From the NCBI GenBank assembly GCA_963710685.1, contig CAVQBH010000014.1, positions 16,724-80,723 on the forward strand: a DNA stretch of 64,000 nucleotides, in the 5' to 3' direction. The translations under genes were made by a program, and so were the position numbers. Of the stretch, positions 51,081-61,508 are shown in pieces. This DNA comes from an uncultured Methanomassiliicoccales archaeon (GTDB lineage: Archaea > Thermoplasmatota > Thermoplasmata > Methanomassiliicoccales > UBA472). Positions within the stretch are counted from its first letter, which is position 1. Each line of letters begins with the position of its first letter. Below the pieces are notes generated by a model that saw nothing but the letters and a program-made list of their open reading frames with translations, had not been told where the DNA came from and made no database searches.

Positions 51081-53579
51081 TTGTTGGAACAGGACGAGTC
51101 GAATAAAAGCGTCGAGCCAGAGGATTTGCCCATTCCCCCGGAGAAGAAGGTCCAGGTTTCTGATTCTACTCCAGTTCTCATGTGCTCTCTCGACCGGGAG
51201 GGGCAGCTGAGATATTACAACAAGGCGTTCGAGTCCGCCATCGAATGCGAGGAACATCCGATGCTCGGGACCAGACTCGCCGGGCTGGCCATCCCGTCCG
51301 ATGTGGAACCGTTCTCCGAGATAATCCATCGATGCGCGGCGGATGCCGCTGCCTCGGGCAACATGACCGTCAGGTTAAGGTCGGCCAGCGGCTCGGAGGT
51401 CGTTTGCCAGCTGAACATCAGCCCGGTGGTGGAAAAGGGCATCGTGGCAGGGGTGAGCGTCTTTGGGCGCAGAGTGCAGGCGGAGAACGCCATCATGGGG
51501 TCCATGCGGCTGTCGTCGCAGCTGATGGACGAGCTGCTCACGTTCGTCCACCTGATGGTCATTGCCTTTGACCAGAACGGAAGGATCATCGTCTACAACA
51601 AGACCGTGGAGGACGTCGTGTCCCGTTCCAGCACCGAGGTTCTCGGTTCCCAGCTCATGGACATCCTGGACCCCAAGGAGGTCCAAGAAGCGGAGGTACT
51701 GCATGCCATCCAGGAGGTCCTGGCCGGGAAGACGCACATGCTGAGGCTGCCTCTGCTGTCGGCCAAGGGAACGCTTTTCATGAACTGGAGGCTGACCCCA
51801 CTCAAGGATGAGCTGGGCAACACGACCGGCGTCCTGGCTTTGACCAACGACCCCTCCCAGGCAGTGAGGATGGAAAAGGAGATCGAGCAGCTGGGCCGCC
51901 ACATGGAGATACTGGCGGAGACCACCCGGGACATCAGTGATAATCTCGACCCCACCGAATCGATAGACCAGGAACTCATCCGGATGGTAAAGGCGCTGGA
52001 CTTCGATTTTGCCGTGTTCCGGCTGATCGATGAGGGGAACATCCCCCAAATGTTCTGCTCGGGGATCGATTTCCGCAACGGCAGGGCTCTGCTGGAATCC
52101 CCGCTGGAGAACGGCATCTCGTTGTACCTGGGCGTGGAGAGCGGTAACGTCTTCGCGTCGGAGGACCTGCTGAACGACCGCAGGATATCGATACAGTTCG
52201 AGAAACCCAGGGCGATCATCTGCCTTCCGGTCCATTTCCGCCGCGAATCCTATGGATGTGCGATCTTCGGCAGCTATCATGCGATGTCGGACATCATGGG
52301 CAAGGAGACCGTCCTTCAGGTGTTCTGCAACCAGGTTGCCATATCCCATCGCAATGGCAAGCTGCACCGCCGGCAGGTGCGCAGCAATAACGAGTTCCAG
52401 ATACTGTATGACGCGTCGAAGGTTCTGTCCAGCACCCTCGATTACAAGGAGGTTATCATCGCCATCCTTCAAAAGGTGAGGCAGCTGGTGAGCGCCGAGA
52501 ACTGCCTTCTGTTCGAGATGGATCACCGCAGCGGCAAGCTGCGCTGCACCCAGAATGCATGCCAGACCCCCATGAACATGGTGGGGATGGAGGTTGACCT
52601 CGGTGTCGGCATCACCGGGCTGGTGGCCAAGACCGGCCAGGGAATGCTCCTGGAGCGGGCCGACCTTGATGAACGGTCGGCCCTGGTGGGCGGTACCCTG
52701 GACGAGCCCAGCTCACTGATATGCGTCCCGATGAAGTTCGGGGACGAGCTGCTCGGGGTAATCACCCTGGAAAAGAGACCGGGGTTGCCCTTCACCATGA
52801 GGGAGTACAACCTGGTGGAGATGTTCTCGGTGCTGGCAGCAGCCGCCATCAAGAACGCCAGCACCTATTCCCGGGTCAAGGAGAAGGCATCGCGCCAGCA
52901 GGTCTACAACATCCTGCTGACCCACGACGTGGCGAATTACAACGTCCCCATCCACGGGTTCCTGGAGATGCTTCTGACCGATCCCAAGCTGGATGAACGG
53001 CAACGACGATACGTGAAGAGCGCCCTGGCCCAATCGGAGAACATTTCCTCGCTGATATCCGATGTGCGCAAGCTGTGGAAGCTGAAGGCGACCGAACAGA
53101 GCCCTCTGCTGGACATCGACCTGTCGCCGATCCTCGCGGAGGCCATCCACGATATCCAGATGAATGCCCTGTATGGGGACATCCAGATCATCTTTCACTG
53201 TCCTCCCGGAAGGCTCATGGTCAAGGCGGACGGTTTCCTCAAGGACGTGTTCTACAACCTGCTGAGCAACTCCTGCAAATATGGCGATCAGAAGCCGGTC
53301 GAGGTGACCGTTTCGGAACACAAGGAGAGCGGGCAGGCGTTCTACCGGGTCTCGGTGGCGGACTACGGCCACGGAATTCCGGAGGAGAGGAAGAACTTCC
53401 TGTTCAGAAGGTTCGACCAGCTCGATTCGGAATCGGCCGCGGAGGGACACGGGCTCGGCCTTTCGGTGGTCAACGCGCTGGCGGACCGGTACGGCGGCAG
53501 GGTTTGGGTGGACAATCGCGTGAGCGGCGACTTCACGAAGGGCTCGATCTTCTCCCTGATCATTCCAAGGGTAAGGTGA
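51081..53579 (+). CDS. PAS-PAS-GAF-GAF sensor histidine kinase (cytoplasmic)
   Basis: H-box LTHDVANY, N-box NLLSNSCKY, D.G.GIP and GLGLSVV; start uncertain. Confidence 0.9.
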   Translation: MLEQDESNKSVEPEDLPIPPEKKVQVSDSTPVLMCSLDREGQLRYYNKAFESAIECEEHPMLGTRLAGLAIPSDVEPFSEIIHRCAADAAASGNMTVRLRSASGSEVVCQLNISPVVEKGIVAGVSVFGRRVQAENAIMGSMRLSSQLMDELLTFVHLMVIAFDQNGRIIVYNKTVEDVVSRSSTEVLGSQLMDILDPKEVQEAEVLHAIQEVLAGKTHMLRLPLLSAKGTLFMNWRLTPLKDELGNTTGVLALTNDPSQAVRMEKEIEQLGRHMEILAETTRDISDNLDPTESIDQELIRMVKALDFDFAVFRLIDEGNIPQMFCSGIDFRNGRALLESPLENGISLYLGVESGNVFASEDLLNDRRISIQFEKPRAIICLPVHFRRESYGCAIFGSYHAMSDIMGKETVLQVFCNQVAISHRNGKLHRRQVRSNNEFQILYDASKVLSSTLDYKEVIIAILQKVRQLVSAENCLLFEMDHRSGKLRCTQNACQTPMNMVGMEVDLGVGITGLVAKTGQGMLLERADLDERSALVGGTLDEPSSLICVPMKFGDELLGVITLEKRPGLPFTMREYNLVEMFSVLAAAAIKNASTYSRVKEKASRQQVYNILLTHDVANYNVPIHGFLEMLLTDPKLDERQRRYVKSALAQSENISSLISDVRKLWKLKATEQSPLLDIDLSPILAEAIHDIQMNALYGDIQIIFHCPPGRLMVKADGFLKDVFYNLLSNSCKYGDQKPVEVTVSEHKESGQAFYRVSVADYGHGIPEERKNFLFRRFDQLDSESAAEGHGLGLSVVNALADRYGGRVWVDNRVSGDFTKGSIFSLIIPRVR

Positions 53580-53641
53580 AATATGTTGAATGGGTTATGC
53601 AACCATCAGTGCGGGAGGGGATGGTTTTGGGAGGTGAATCA

Positions 53642-54016
53642 GTGATCAAAGTGCTCATGGTGGACGACAACGTGGAACATATTCAGCTGTGCTCGGAGTT
53701 CTTGCCAGAGGATGAGTTCGAGGTTGATGCCGCCTATACCGGTGGTCAGGCCATTGAGATGCTGAAGACCAAACATTACAACATCGTGATCCTGGACTAC
53801 AAGCTGCCGGACATCAACGGGATCGATCTGTTGAAGAAGGTCAGGCCGCTGGGGCTGAAGGTGCCGGTCCTTTTCGTGTCCGCCATGGATGACGCGGACC
53901 TCAGCTTCGAGGCGATGAAAGAAGGGGCATGCGATTACATCGTCAAGACCTTCCAGTATTACAGCAAGCTCCGTGAGCGCATCCTCGAGAACCTGGAAAG
54001 CTGCGAAGCGAAATGA
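53642..54016 (+). CDS. Single-domain response regulator
   Basis: VDDN, LDYKLPD..G and GA.DYIVK; SD GGAGGTGA upstream of the GTG start. Confidence 0.9.
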   Translation: MIKVLMVDDNVEHIQLCSEFLPEDEFEVDAAYTGGQAIEMLKTKHYNIVILDYKLPDINGIDLLKKVRPLGLKVPVLFVSAMDDADLSFEAMKEGACDYIVKTFQYYSKLRERILENLESCEAK

Positions 54017-54056
54017 TGACCTGGTCGCTGTGGGCCGCCGATGGAGGCGGGCATCG

Positions 54057-54620
54057 ATGACGGTGGTCCTGGGTATACTGGGAAGCCCCCGCCCCCGGGG
54101 AAATACGGCGCTTTTGCTGGAATCGTTCTTGGAAGGGGCAAGGGAGGCAGGGGCGGAGGTGGTCCTGCTCGACGTCACCAGAATGTTCATCTCCGGGTGC
54201 AGGGCCTGCAACGATTGTCAGGACAACGGAGTATGTGTGGTCGACGATGATATGAGGACGTTCTACGACGCCCTCCGGCGTGCGGACGTCCTGGTCTTGG
54301 CCACTCCCCTTTACTTTTCCGGGATGAGCAGCCAGTTGAAATCGGTTATCGATCGGTGCCAGTGCCTGTGGCAAATGGTCAGCAAAGGCAAACTGCCCGG
54401 GGCCAAACATGGTTATCTGCTGAGCGTGGGGGCGATGAGGAACGCGAACTTCAAGAACGTCTCATCGGAGGTGCGTTCCTTCTTCATCGGCGTGGGCATC
54501 TCCTTCAGGGGCGAGGTGACCGTTCCCGGTGTGGAATCCGAGGGGGACATCCGATCCCATCCAGAGGCGTTGGCGCGGGCCTATCGGATGGGACAGGGAG
54601 CGGTCCCCTCGATCACCTGA
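54057..54620 (+). CDS. Iron-sulfur flavoprotein / flavodoxin family
   Basis: GSPR..GNT, CRACNDC.....C and TPLYF..MS.QLK..IDR. Confidence 0.9.
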   Translation: MTVVLGILGSPRPRGNTALLLESFLEGAREAGAEVVLLDVTRMFISGCRACNDCQDNGVCVVDDDMRTFYDALRRADVLVLATPLYFSGMSSQLKSVIDRCQCLWQMVSKGKLPGAKHGYLLSVGAMRNANFKNVSSEVRSFFIGVGISFRGEVTVPGVESEGDIRSHPEALARAYRMGQGAVPSIT

Positions 54621-55395
54621 GACACCCGTTGACCCTGTCCAGCCGTTTGATGCTGGAATGGATCCAAGTGAACACTATCCAGGCCAGCAGGGCGCTGAGT
54701 ATGAACCCGATCAGGGACACGAACCCGACATCGGAGGCGAAGTTCCCCATGATCGCGAACAGGTTGAAGGCGGCATGCAGCAGCACCGCCCCCGCGTAAT
54801 ACAGGGCCCAGGATTGGGGGTGCCCGGCCATTTTATGGAACTTCGAGAGAGCTATCCCATACCCGGTAACGGCGGTCGCCGAGGCATGCAGCAGGGTCGA
54901 TGTCAATGCCCGGCTGATGGCGATGACCAAGAACACCTCGGTCCCGGCCACCAGTCCAGAGCCGTTGTAGAGGATGTTCTCCACCGCGGCAAATCCCAGA
55001 CCGGCCGCCGCTCCATAGACCAGGCCGTCCTCGACCTCGTTCAGCCTTGGCAGCATGAACAACACCGCCCACGACTTGGTGAACTCCTCGACCACCGGGG
55101 CGATGAACACTGCCAGGATGAGCAATTGCACGTTCTCGTCGTTGGGCTGGATGCCCCAGAAACCCTGGGTCAGGACGCTGCCGGGACTGAAGAGCCCATC
55201 GACCAACAGGGTCTCGATGACGTATGCCGCCCCCAACGAGGCGACCGCGGCAAAAGCGAAGGCCATCAGGACCGAGCTCATCGATTCCCGGCGGCAAACC
55301 TCCGCGTCCCGTATCCAGACCAGATAGATGATCGGAGGTAGGATCGATACCATGACGATCAGTACCAGGCCAACAAAATCCATCATGCTGCTCAT
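54613..55395 (-). CDS. PrsW-family intramembrane metalloprotease
   Basis: APVVEEFTK, GLGFAAVEN..Y, LLHA and H..FN. Confidence 0.9.
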   Translation of the reverse strand: MSSMMDFVGLVLIVMVSILPPIIYLVWIRDAEVCRRESMSSVLMAFAFAAVASLGAAYVIETLLVDGLFSPGSVLTQGFWGIQPNDENVQLLILAVFIAPVVEEFTKSWAVLFMLPRLNEVEDGLVYGAAAGLGFAAVENILYNGSGLVAGTEVFLVIAISRALTSTLLHASATAVTGYGIALSKFHKMAGHPQSWALYYAGAVLLHAAFNLFAIMGNFASDVGFVSLIGFILSALLAWIVFTWIHSSIKRLDRVNGCLR

Positions 55396-55454
55396 CGGAC
55401 CATGCGAGCCCCCACTTTATTAAGGTTCTCCGATGCCGGCCAAGCCCCCTGAAG

Positions 55455-56153
55455 CTACTGAGGGGACAGGTTCTGCCGGTTCTTTACCGTCTTGAACGTG
55501 ATCGCCAAGGCCACGATGAAGACCGCTCCCAAGACCGCGAACACCGAGGCCCAAACCCTTCCAGGCAGGGAATTGTCCAGGTCGGTTATGATGGAAAGGG
55601 GCAGATGTATGTTGCCGTAGAAGACCATGAACCACCAGGCGGCCACGACCGAGAGCACCAGGGTCAGTTGCAGCACCTTCAGGGGCCACCTCCCATGGAT
55701 CACCAATCCCCACGAGCCGGCCAATATCCCCCATATGAGCAGCGCGAAACCAGCGTCCGCGGGGAATCCCCAGTACACCGCATAAGGGATCATGACCATC
55801 TGGGCGACGGAGGCCGCGATGGCCATGTTACCGATAGGCTTCCAGTCCCACCCTTTCACCGCCACCACCGCGGTGCCGATGAAGAGCAGACCGTTCACGA
55901 TGCCGGAGACCGCCATCACCAGGAACTGGTTCGAGCCCGGGTTCACCACGAGCCAGAATGCGAACAGGAAAAGGCTGATGCCTGCCACGAGCGAGCCCAT
56001 GGCTCCGATCGGCTGTTCCGGCACCATGTCTTCCGGGAGGGCCTTCTTCTTCCACCACGTCGGTCCTTCCTCGGTACCGCTGCAGAAGAAGATCCAATGG
56101 CACAGCCCATAGACCAGACCGATCATTGCGAAGGCTATGCCGTTCAATTCCAT
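55455..56153 (-). CDS. Multi-pass membrane protein, possibly AmiS/UreI-like channel
   Basis: About 7 TM segments; GWDWKPIG resembles the AmiS/UreI G.D.K.LG loop. Confidence 0.5.
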   Translation of the reverse strand: MELNGIAFAMIGLVYGLCHWIFFCSGTEEGPTWWKKKALPEDMVPEQPIGAMGSLVAGISLFLFAFWLVVNPGSNQFLVMAVSGIVNGLLFIGTAVVAVKGWDWKPIGNMAIAASVAQMVMIPYAVYWGFPADAGFALLIWGILAGSWGLVIHGRWPLKVLQLTLVLSVVAAWWFMVFYGNIHLPLSIITDLDNSLPGRVWASVFAVLGAVFIVALAITFKTVKNRQNLSPQ

Positions 56154-56341
56154 CGTTGCCCACCTCGAGCCGCTCAGTGTTGCGGATTTCAGCAGTCAAC
56201 CTGATTGGGCATACATAATCCTAACGTCTGTGTCCTGGCTGCCGGCCGAAGATATGGTCGGCTATTTTGTCCGGCTCCGATCGTTTCCTTTCCAAGAGAG
56301 CGGGGATCTCGGTGCGTCCGTTGTCCCATAACGATGTGGGC

Positions 56342-57376
56342 TCAGGTCGTGTTGCTCGAGGAAGTGCCCGTGGGCGCATCAAGCCGGGTGGGTGCCGACG
56401 TCACCGTGGCGGCCGGGCTGCCTTCCGGCAGTTCGACGATGTCCTCGATGATGGGTGTGAAGGGGTCGACCAGCGCTCCGGCGACACCTATTTTCTCCAG
56501 GGATTCGAAGTCTTTCTCCGTGATGCCGCCCCCCACGTGGATGGCGACCCCGTGGCCCAGTGCCCTGGCGACCATCTCCATCGAATAGCCGGACCGGGTG
56601 CCGAGCCGGGGAAGGTCGATGATTGCGATCTCGTCGAACCCGATCGCCTTCAGCGCCTCGATGGCCTCCTCCAGATCGGCGGGTCCCGCCCCCGGTCTCT
56701 CCCAGACCACCTGCTGGTCCAGGTATAGGCAGGGGATGCACTTGTCCGAGAGCTCGAAGATCACCTTGAACATGTCCATGCTCCGGCAGCAGAGGCTGCC
56801 GGCCACGGCATGGGAGACGCCCATGGCGAAGGCGTCGAAAAGGTCATCCTCGTTCCTCATGCCGATCTCGAGCCAGACGTTATTCTTCCTTTTCAGGAGC
56901 TGCCTCAGGACCTCGAAGTTGGGGTGGGCCTCCATGATCCCCGCCAGGTCCATCATCATGACCTCCGAGGCGTTGTAGCGCTGCCCCGACACCGCCTTCC
57001 AGTATTTGCTGAACTTGACAGAGTACTCGGTCCGGACTAGCCGCTCGCCGTTCCATTTGACGCTGACCACCTCCGCCACGCTCCCCAAGGGAATGTCGAT
57101 GCCGGCCAGGGAGAAGATCGACCGGGTATCGACTGGCATGATCGGGACGTGCATGAACGATTTGGATGGTTGGTCTTGCTCCATGTTATCTTCCTTGAAC
57201 GCTCTCAACTCTGATTGACTGACGAAATCCAAGGGAACGGCCGTTTTTCCGCACGAGTGGCAGATGTACCCTTCATCCTTGTTATCCACGCCCGCCATAG
57301 GTCCGCCGAATATCACTTTGGGCTCGATGTCCCGGCTTCCGCAATGCGGGCAGGCGCTGATTCGTTTAGAAGTCAT
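56342..57376 (-). CDS. Zn-ribbon + HisA/HisF-like TIM-barrel protein
   Basis: CPHCGS...CHSCG, then MMDL.GI, IIDL.RLGT.SG, VGGGI and GALV. Confidence 0.7.
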   Translation of the reverse strand: MTSKRISACPHCGSRDIEPKVIFGGPMAGVDNKDEGYICHSCGKTAVPLDFVSQSELRAFKEDNMEQDQPSKSFMHVPIMPVDTRSIFSLAGIDIPLGSVAEVVSVKWNGERLVRTEYSVKFSKYWKAVSGQRYNASEVMMMDLAGIMEAHPNFEVLRQLLKRKNNVWLEIGMRNEDDLFDAFAMGVSHAVAGSLCCRSMDMFKVIFELSDKCIPCLYLDQQVVWERPGAGPADLEEAIEALKAIGFDEIAIIDLPRLGTRSGYSMEMVARALGHGVAIHVGGGITEKDFESLEKIGVAGALVDPFTPIIEDIVELPEGSPAATVTSAPTRLDAPTGTSSSNTT

Positions 57377-57551
57377 CTCGTTGCTACGAGCATGCATGCA
57401 TAGCGATTAATACTTTCCATGGGACGTTCGCACCGGTTCCAGTGATTTGGCGGCGAGGGTTCTTGTTGGAACTCGAGCGAAAAGGCTATTGGCGGTTCAT
57501 CGTAGGTGGGCCACACAACCGATATGTATGCGGTCGACCTTCTTTTTGTCC

Positions 57552-58445
57552 GTGAGCAAGGTCGCGGTAATCGGAGGATCAGGTTTGCTCGGCCAGTACC
57601 TGGTCGGAGAGGCGGTGTCCCGGGGTCACGAGGTGGTCTCCACCTACAACGGCGGAAATCCCTGTCCGGGCGGCAAGGCCATTTCATTGGACATGACCGA
57701 TCAGGCGGCGGTGGAATCCTTCTTTTCCAGGGAGGCGCCCGACCGGGTCCTGCTCCCGGCCGCCATGACCGACGTCGAAGAATGTGAGAAGAAGCCGCAG
57801 CTGGCCTTCTCCGTGAACGTGGAAGGGACCATGAACGTGGCCATGGCCTGCAAGTCCAGCGGAGCGCCCTTGCTGTACGTCTCGACCGACTATGTGTTCA
57901 ACGGGCTCAAGGGTTCGAAATACTACGAGTTCGAGACGCCCGACCCGCTCAGCATCTACTCCAAGACCAAGCTGGAAGGGGAGCGGCTCACGATCGATTC
58001 TTCCAAGCGGAACGCGGTGTGCCGGGTGGCGGTGCTGTACGGCTGGAACAGGCTGTCCGCCAAGGACAACTTTGTCAGCTGGGTGGTCCGTTCGGTCAGG
58101 GCCGGGAAGGAGGTCAGGCTGTTCGAGGACCAGTTCGTCACCGCCACCTACGCGCCTCATTGCGCCAAGGTGCTCACGGAGGTGTCCGAGCGGGGCCTGA
58201 AAGGATTGTTCCATGCCAGCGGTCCCGATTGCCTCAGCCGCTTCCAGATGGGTAAGGTCATCGCTGAGGTGTTCGGACTTGAGGGTTCCCTGTTGAGGCC
58301 GTCAAGGTTGCAGGAGGCAAAGCTCATGGCCAAGAGGGCCGAGAACTCCTGCCTCAACGTGGAGAACCTGGAGGCCCAGCTGGACATGTCCATGATGTCG
58401 TTCCGGGCCGGGGTCGAGGACATGAAGGCGACCGAACCTGGTTAA
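57552..58445 (+). CDS. rfbD: dTDP-4-dehydrorhamnose reductase family SDR
   Basis: GGSGLLG, AAMTDVEECE, STDYVFNG and YSKTKLEGE. Confidence 0.85.
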   Translation: MSKVAVIGGSGLLGQYLVGEAVSRGHEVVSTYNGGNPCPGGKAISLDMTDQAAVESFFSREAPDRVLLPAAMTDVEECEKKPQLAFSVNVEGTMNVAMACKSSGAPLLYVSTDYVFNGLKGSKYYEFETPDPLSIYSKTKLEGERLTIDSSKRNAVCRVAVLYGWNRLSAKDNFVSWVVRSVRAGKEVRLFEDQFVTATYAPHCAKVLTEVSERGLKGLFHASGPDCLSRFQMGKVIAEVFGLEGSLLRPSRLQEAKLMAKRAENSCLNVENLEAQLDMSMMSFRAGVEDMKATEPG

Positions 58446-58575
58446 TGCGGTCGACATCGATACGTCCCGGCGTTGCTCACGGTCCCGATGTTTCGTCCAT
58501 CCCGAGCAAATTTCTGAGCAAGATTAATATCCGGGCCTTCATCAATACTTGCATCGATTTGTGGAGGAGATTACT

Positions 58576-59707
58576 TTGGATCAAGCCATCAATCAGAGGA
58601 TAGGCGTGTTCGTTTGCCGCTGCGGCGGGGACATCGACAATAACATCGATACCGATGCGATCGTCGGTTCTGTGCGTTCGGAGGCCGGCGTCGTTCACAG
58701 CAGCATACACGACTTCCTCTGTTCCAAATCATCACGGGAGAAGATGACCAGGACGATCAGGGAAGAAGCGGCTTGACCGGGTCGTGGTCTCGGCCTGCTC
58801 CCCCCGGCTGTACCTTCAGGATTTCCAGCAGGCCGTGGTCGACGGCGGTCTCGACAAATGCATGCTGGAGATGTCCAACATCCGGGAGCAGTGCTCCTGG
58901 ATACACTGGAACGACAAGCAGCTCCAGACCGGTAAGGCCATGGACATGACCTCCATGGCGGTGGCCAAAATGCGCAACCAGTTTCCCTCGGAGAAAGGGA
59001 ACATCGCGATCGTGAACAAGGTCCGGTGCACCGGCTGCGGGGTCTGCGAGGCGGTCTGCCACGTCAATGCCATCAAGGTCGCGGAGGATCCAGACGCCGG
59101 CGGGAAAAGAAAGGCGACGGTCAATCCGAAGAGCTGCGAGGGGTGCGGCGCGTGCGTGTCCGCCTGTCCCAGCGCCGCCATGGACCAGACCTGCTTCTCC
59201 AACGCCCAGGTAGTGGCGGAGATCGAGACGGCGCTGCGCGGTTCAATGGAGGTGAGCACATTCCCGAACATCATCATCTTTTCATGCCACCACTGCTCCT
59301 ATGCGGCCGCGGACGTGGCCGGACTGAAACGCTTGGGCAACGACGTCCACTTCCGGGCCATCAGGACCATGTGCTCGGCCCGGGTGGACCCGGAGTGGGT
59401 GCTAAAGGCATTGTCCAGCGGGGCCGACGGAGTGCTGGTGCTGGCCGGGTCCCCAGGCCGGTGCCATTACGAGACCGGTAACCTGCGCACCCGCAAGCGG
59501 ATGACGCTCCTGAAGATCGTTCTTCAGCAATTGGGCTTTGACGATGACCGCTTCCTGATCGAGTTCGTGGACGAGGAGCAGCCGGAGAAGTACCGGAGCA
59601 CGATCGAGGAGTACGTGGAGAAGATCAGGGAACTGGGCCCCAACCCGATAGTGCCGTCGAAGAGGCCGGAGCAGAAGAGGTATGAGATACCGGGATTGAA
59701 GCTCTGA
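58576..59707 (+). CDS. Fusion of HdrA N-terminal domain + 2x[4Fe-4S] ferredoxin + MvhD (no FAD domain); frameshift near 58770
   Basis: IGVFVCRCG.DI, FLCS, ACSPR and NIREQCSWIH; two CxxCxxC...C(P) motifs; CSYAAAD, CSARVDP and CHY..GN. Confidence 0.85.
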
Positions 59708-59740
59708 AACTTTTCTCTCGACCGGATCGGAAAAAGATGG

Positions 59741-59769
59741 AAGGGGGAGGGGCCTTTCCCTCCCCCCTA
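59741..59769. terminator. GC-rich hairpin between convergent genes
   Basis: AGGGGGAGG...CCTCCCCCT inverted repeat. Confidence 0.5.
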
Positions 59770-59843
59770 AATGTTTTATCTGCCTGACCTACCGAATTTC
59801 CAAACCATTCACGATGCTCCGGACGCACGGACCGCCGAGGTCA

Positions 59844-60473
59844 TCAGATCTCATCCATTCCCTTGAGTTTGTTCGCTTCGCTCAGCGTCCTTACCGGGAA
59901 GATCGGAAGTATGGTGCGTCCGAACGATTCGTTAAGGACGAGCGCGATCCCCGTGTACATGGCCGAGAATCCGACCACCAGCCCTTCCCAGCCCCCCAGG
60001 TGGGTGATGTCCGCATTTCCCGTCAGGTCTCCCATCCCCAGGATCAGGAACAGTATCGCCAGCGATCCGAACACGAACATGGTGGCAACGTTCGTCCTCA
60101 ATGTTCCGAAGAACATCAGCGCGGTGAATATGCCCCACATGAACAGGTAGGAGGCCATGGCCGAGGAATTGTTCGTGGTCGTGGTCGCTATTCCTATCAT
60201 CGGTAGGAGTATGAGTCCAGCTAGGCTGAGCCAGAAGAACCCGAAGGACGTAAAGGCCAACGTTCCGAAGGTATTCCCGTTCTTCCATTCCATGATTCCG
60301 GCGATCACCTGAGCTAAACCACCATAGAATATTCCCATGGCCAGTATCATGCTGCCCAGGCCGAACAGTCCGGTGTTGTGCAGATTCAGCAGGACCGTCG
60401 TCATCCCAAAGCCCATTAGTCCGAGCGGAGCCGGGTTAGCGGTCAAGACCTTGTTTATTGTTTGCTCACTCAT
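59844..60473 (-). CDS. satP: GPR1/FUN34/YaaH acetate uptake transporter
   Basis: ANPAPLGLMGFGMTT, YGGLAQ and NTFG..AF.S.G.FW. Confidence 0.92.
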   Translation of the reverse strand: MSEQTINKVLTANPAPLGLMGFGMTTVLLNLHNTGLFGLGSMILAMGIFYGGLAQVIAGIMEWKNGNTFGTLAFTSFGFFWLSLAGLILLPMIGIATTTTNNSSAMASYLFMWGIFTALMFFGTLRTNVATMFVFGSLAILFLILGMGDLTGNADITHLGGWEGLVVGFSAMYTGIALVLNESFGRTILPIFPVRTLSEANKLKGMDEI

Positions 60474-60474
60474 C

Positions 60475-60843
60475 TTAATCAGACTCCTTTTTGTTGTTCT
60501 CCGAACTCTCGTTTCCAATGCCTGCTGATATGTTAGAGAAGGCAAACGGACAGGAGGAGGAGAATGTGCTTCTTCCTCCCCTGCCCGTCTCCGGTCCGCC
60601 CCCTCTAACGGCGGTCCTGTGCGGTCGGTTCCAACGGTGGGGTGCCATGATATCGGGGCAATGGAAGTGCACCCGGGGCATGTTCTGGCTTAGCCGTTCG
60701 AACCCGATCAATGGCATTTGCTCGGTGACGTTCAGCACCACCAATGTGGAATCGTTTGCCCTTGCCATATCCACGGCCTTGATGTTGGCCACTGGTTCCG
60801 GTAGTGAGCTGGCCGTCGGTAGCAGGATATTGTCGGTCATCAT
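60475..60843 (-). pseudogene. Universal stress protein N-terminal fragment
   Basis: NILLPT.....A...A...A......LVVLNV resembles a USP N-terminus; similarity is lost after about 50 aa. Confidence 0.4.
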
Positions 60844-61508
60844 TGCATCCTCCTACCGAACGGTCCGCGGACTGCTCGGCCTTCGATCCAAACGACGGTG
60901 GCCCTGTCCACCGAACATGTCGGTGGCTCTGGGATCCGTCTCGCCCTGTCAATCCTTCCGCCTGCGGGCGGGTGGTCGGCGTCGGCGAGGAAGCGCCTCT
61001 TTCTTCTTCGTTCCGGGTTGGGGAATGAGTCCCGCATGTTTGGAACAATTTCGAAATTCGATACTTAAAGTTTATTCATCTACGCTACGATAATTGTCGA
61101 TATATTACAAACATATTACGTTAATCGTAAAAATAATGCTTATAGAACCAATACTACAACTATTTTATGAATAAAACGACAAATATCGATGAAATACGAC
61201 TATTATGAAAGCATAATCGTTAGTTATATTTGAATAATCGCAATGGTAGTTCATAGAATTGGGCAAATGATAGAGATATAAATGCAATTCATACCAACTG
61301 ATATTCTGAAAGGAATTGCATGTATTCATTTGTAATAATTATGACGTTTGTAAAAAAACCGGCCATATTGTCGATGTTTGACATCTTTCCAAACCGCGAT
61401 TGCGCTATGGGCTGATATTTCCGGCCAATGGGCAGTTCATCTAGAGAAGATGGAGTGCGGTTCTCAGACAAAGATGAGGGGAATCATCCCAGGAGACGAT
61501 CCGTCAGA

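Noticed and set aside
57436-57460. ORB-like sequence GTTCCAGTG (possible replication origin)
   Set aside because: A single partial match without the GAAA/G-string, with no cdc6/orc1 gene or AT-rich unwinding element adjacent.
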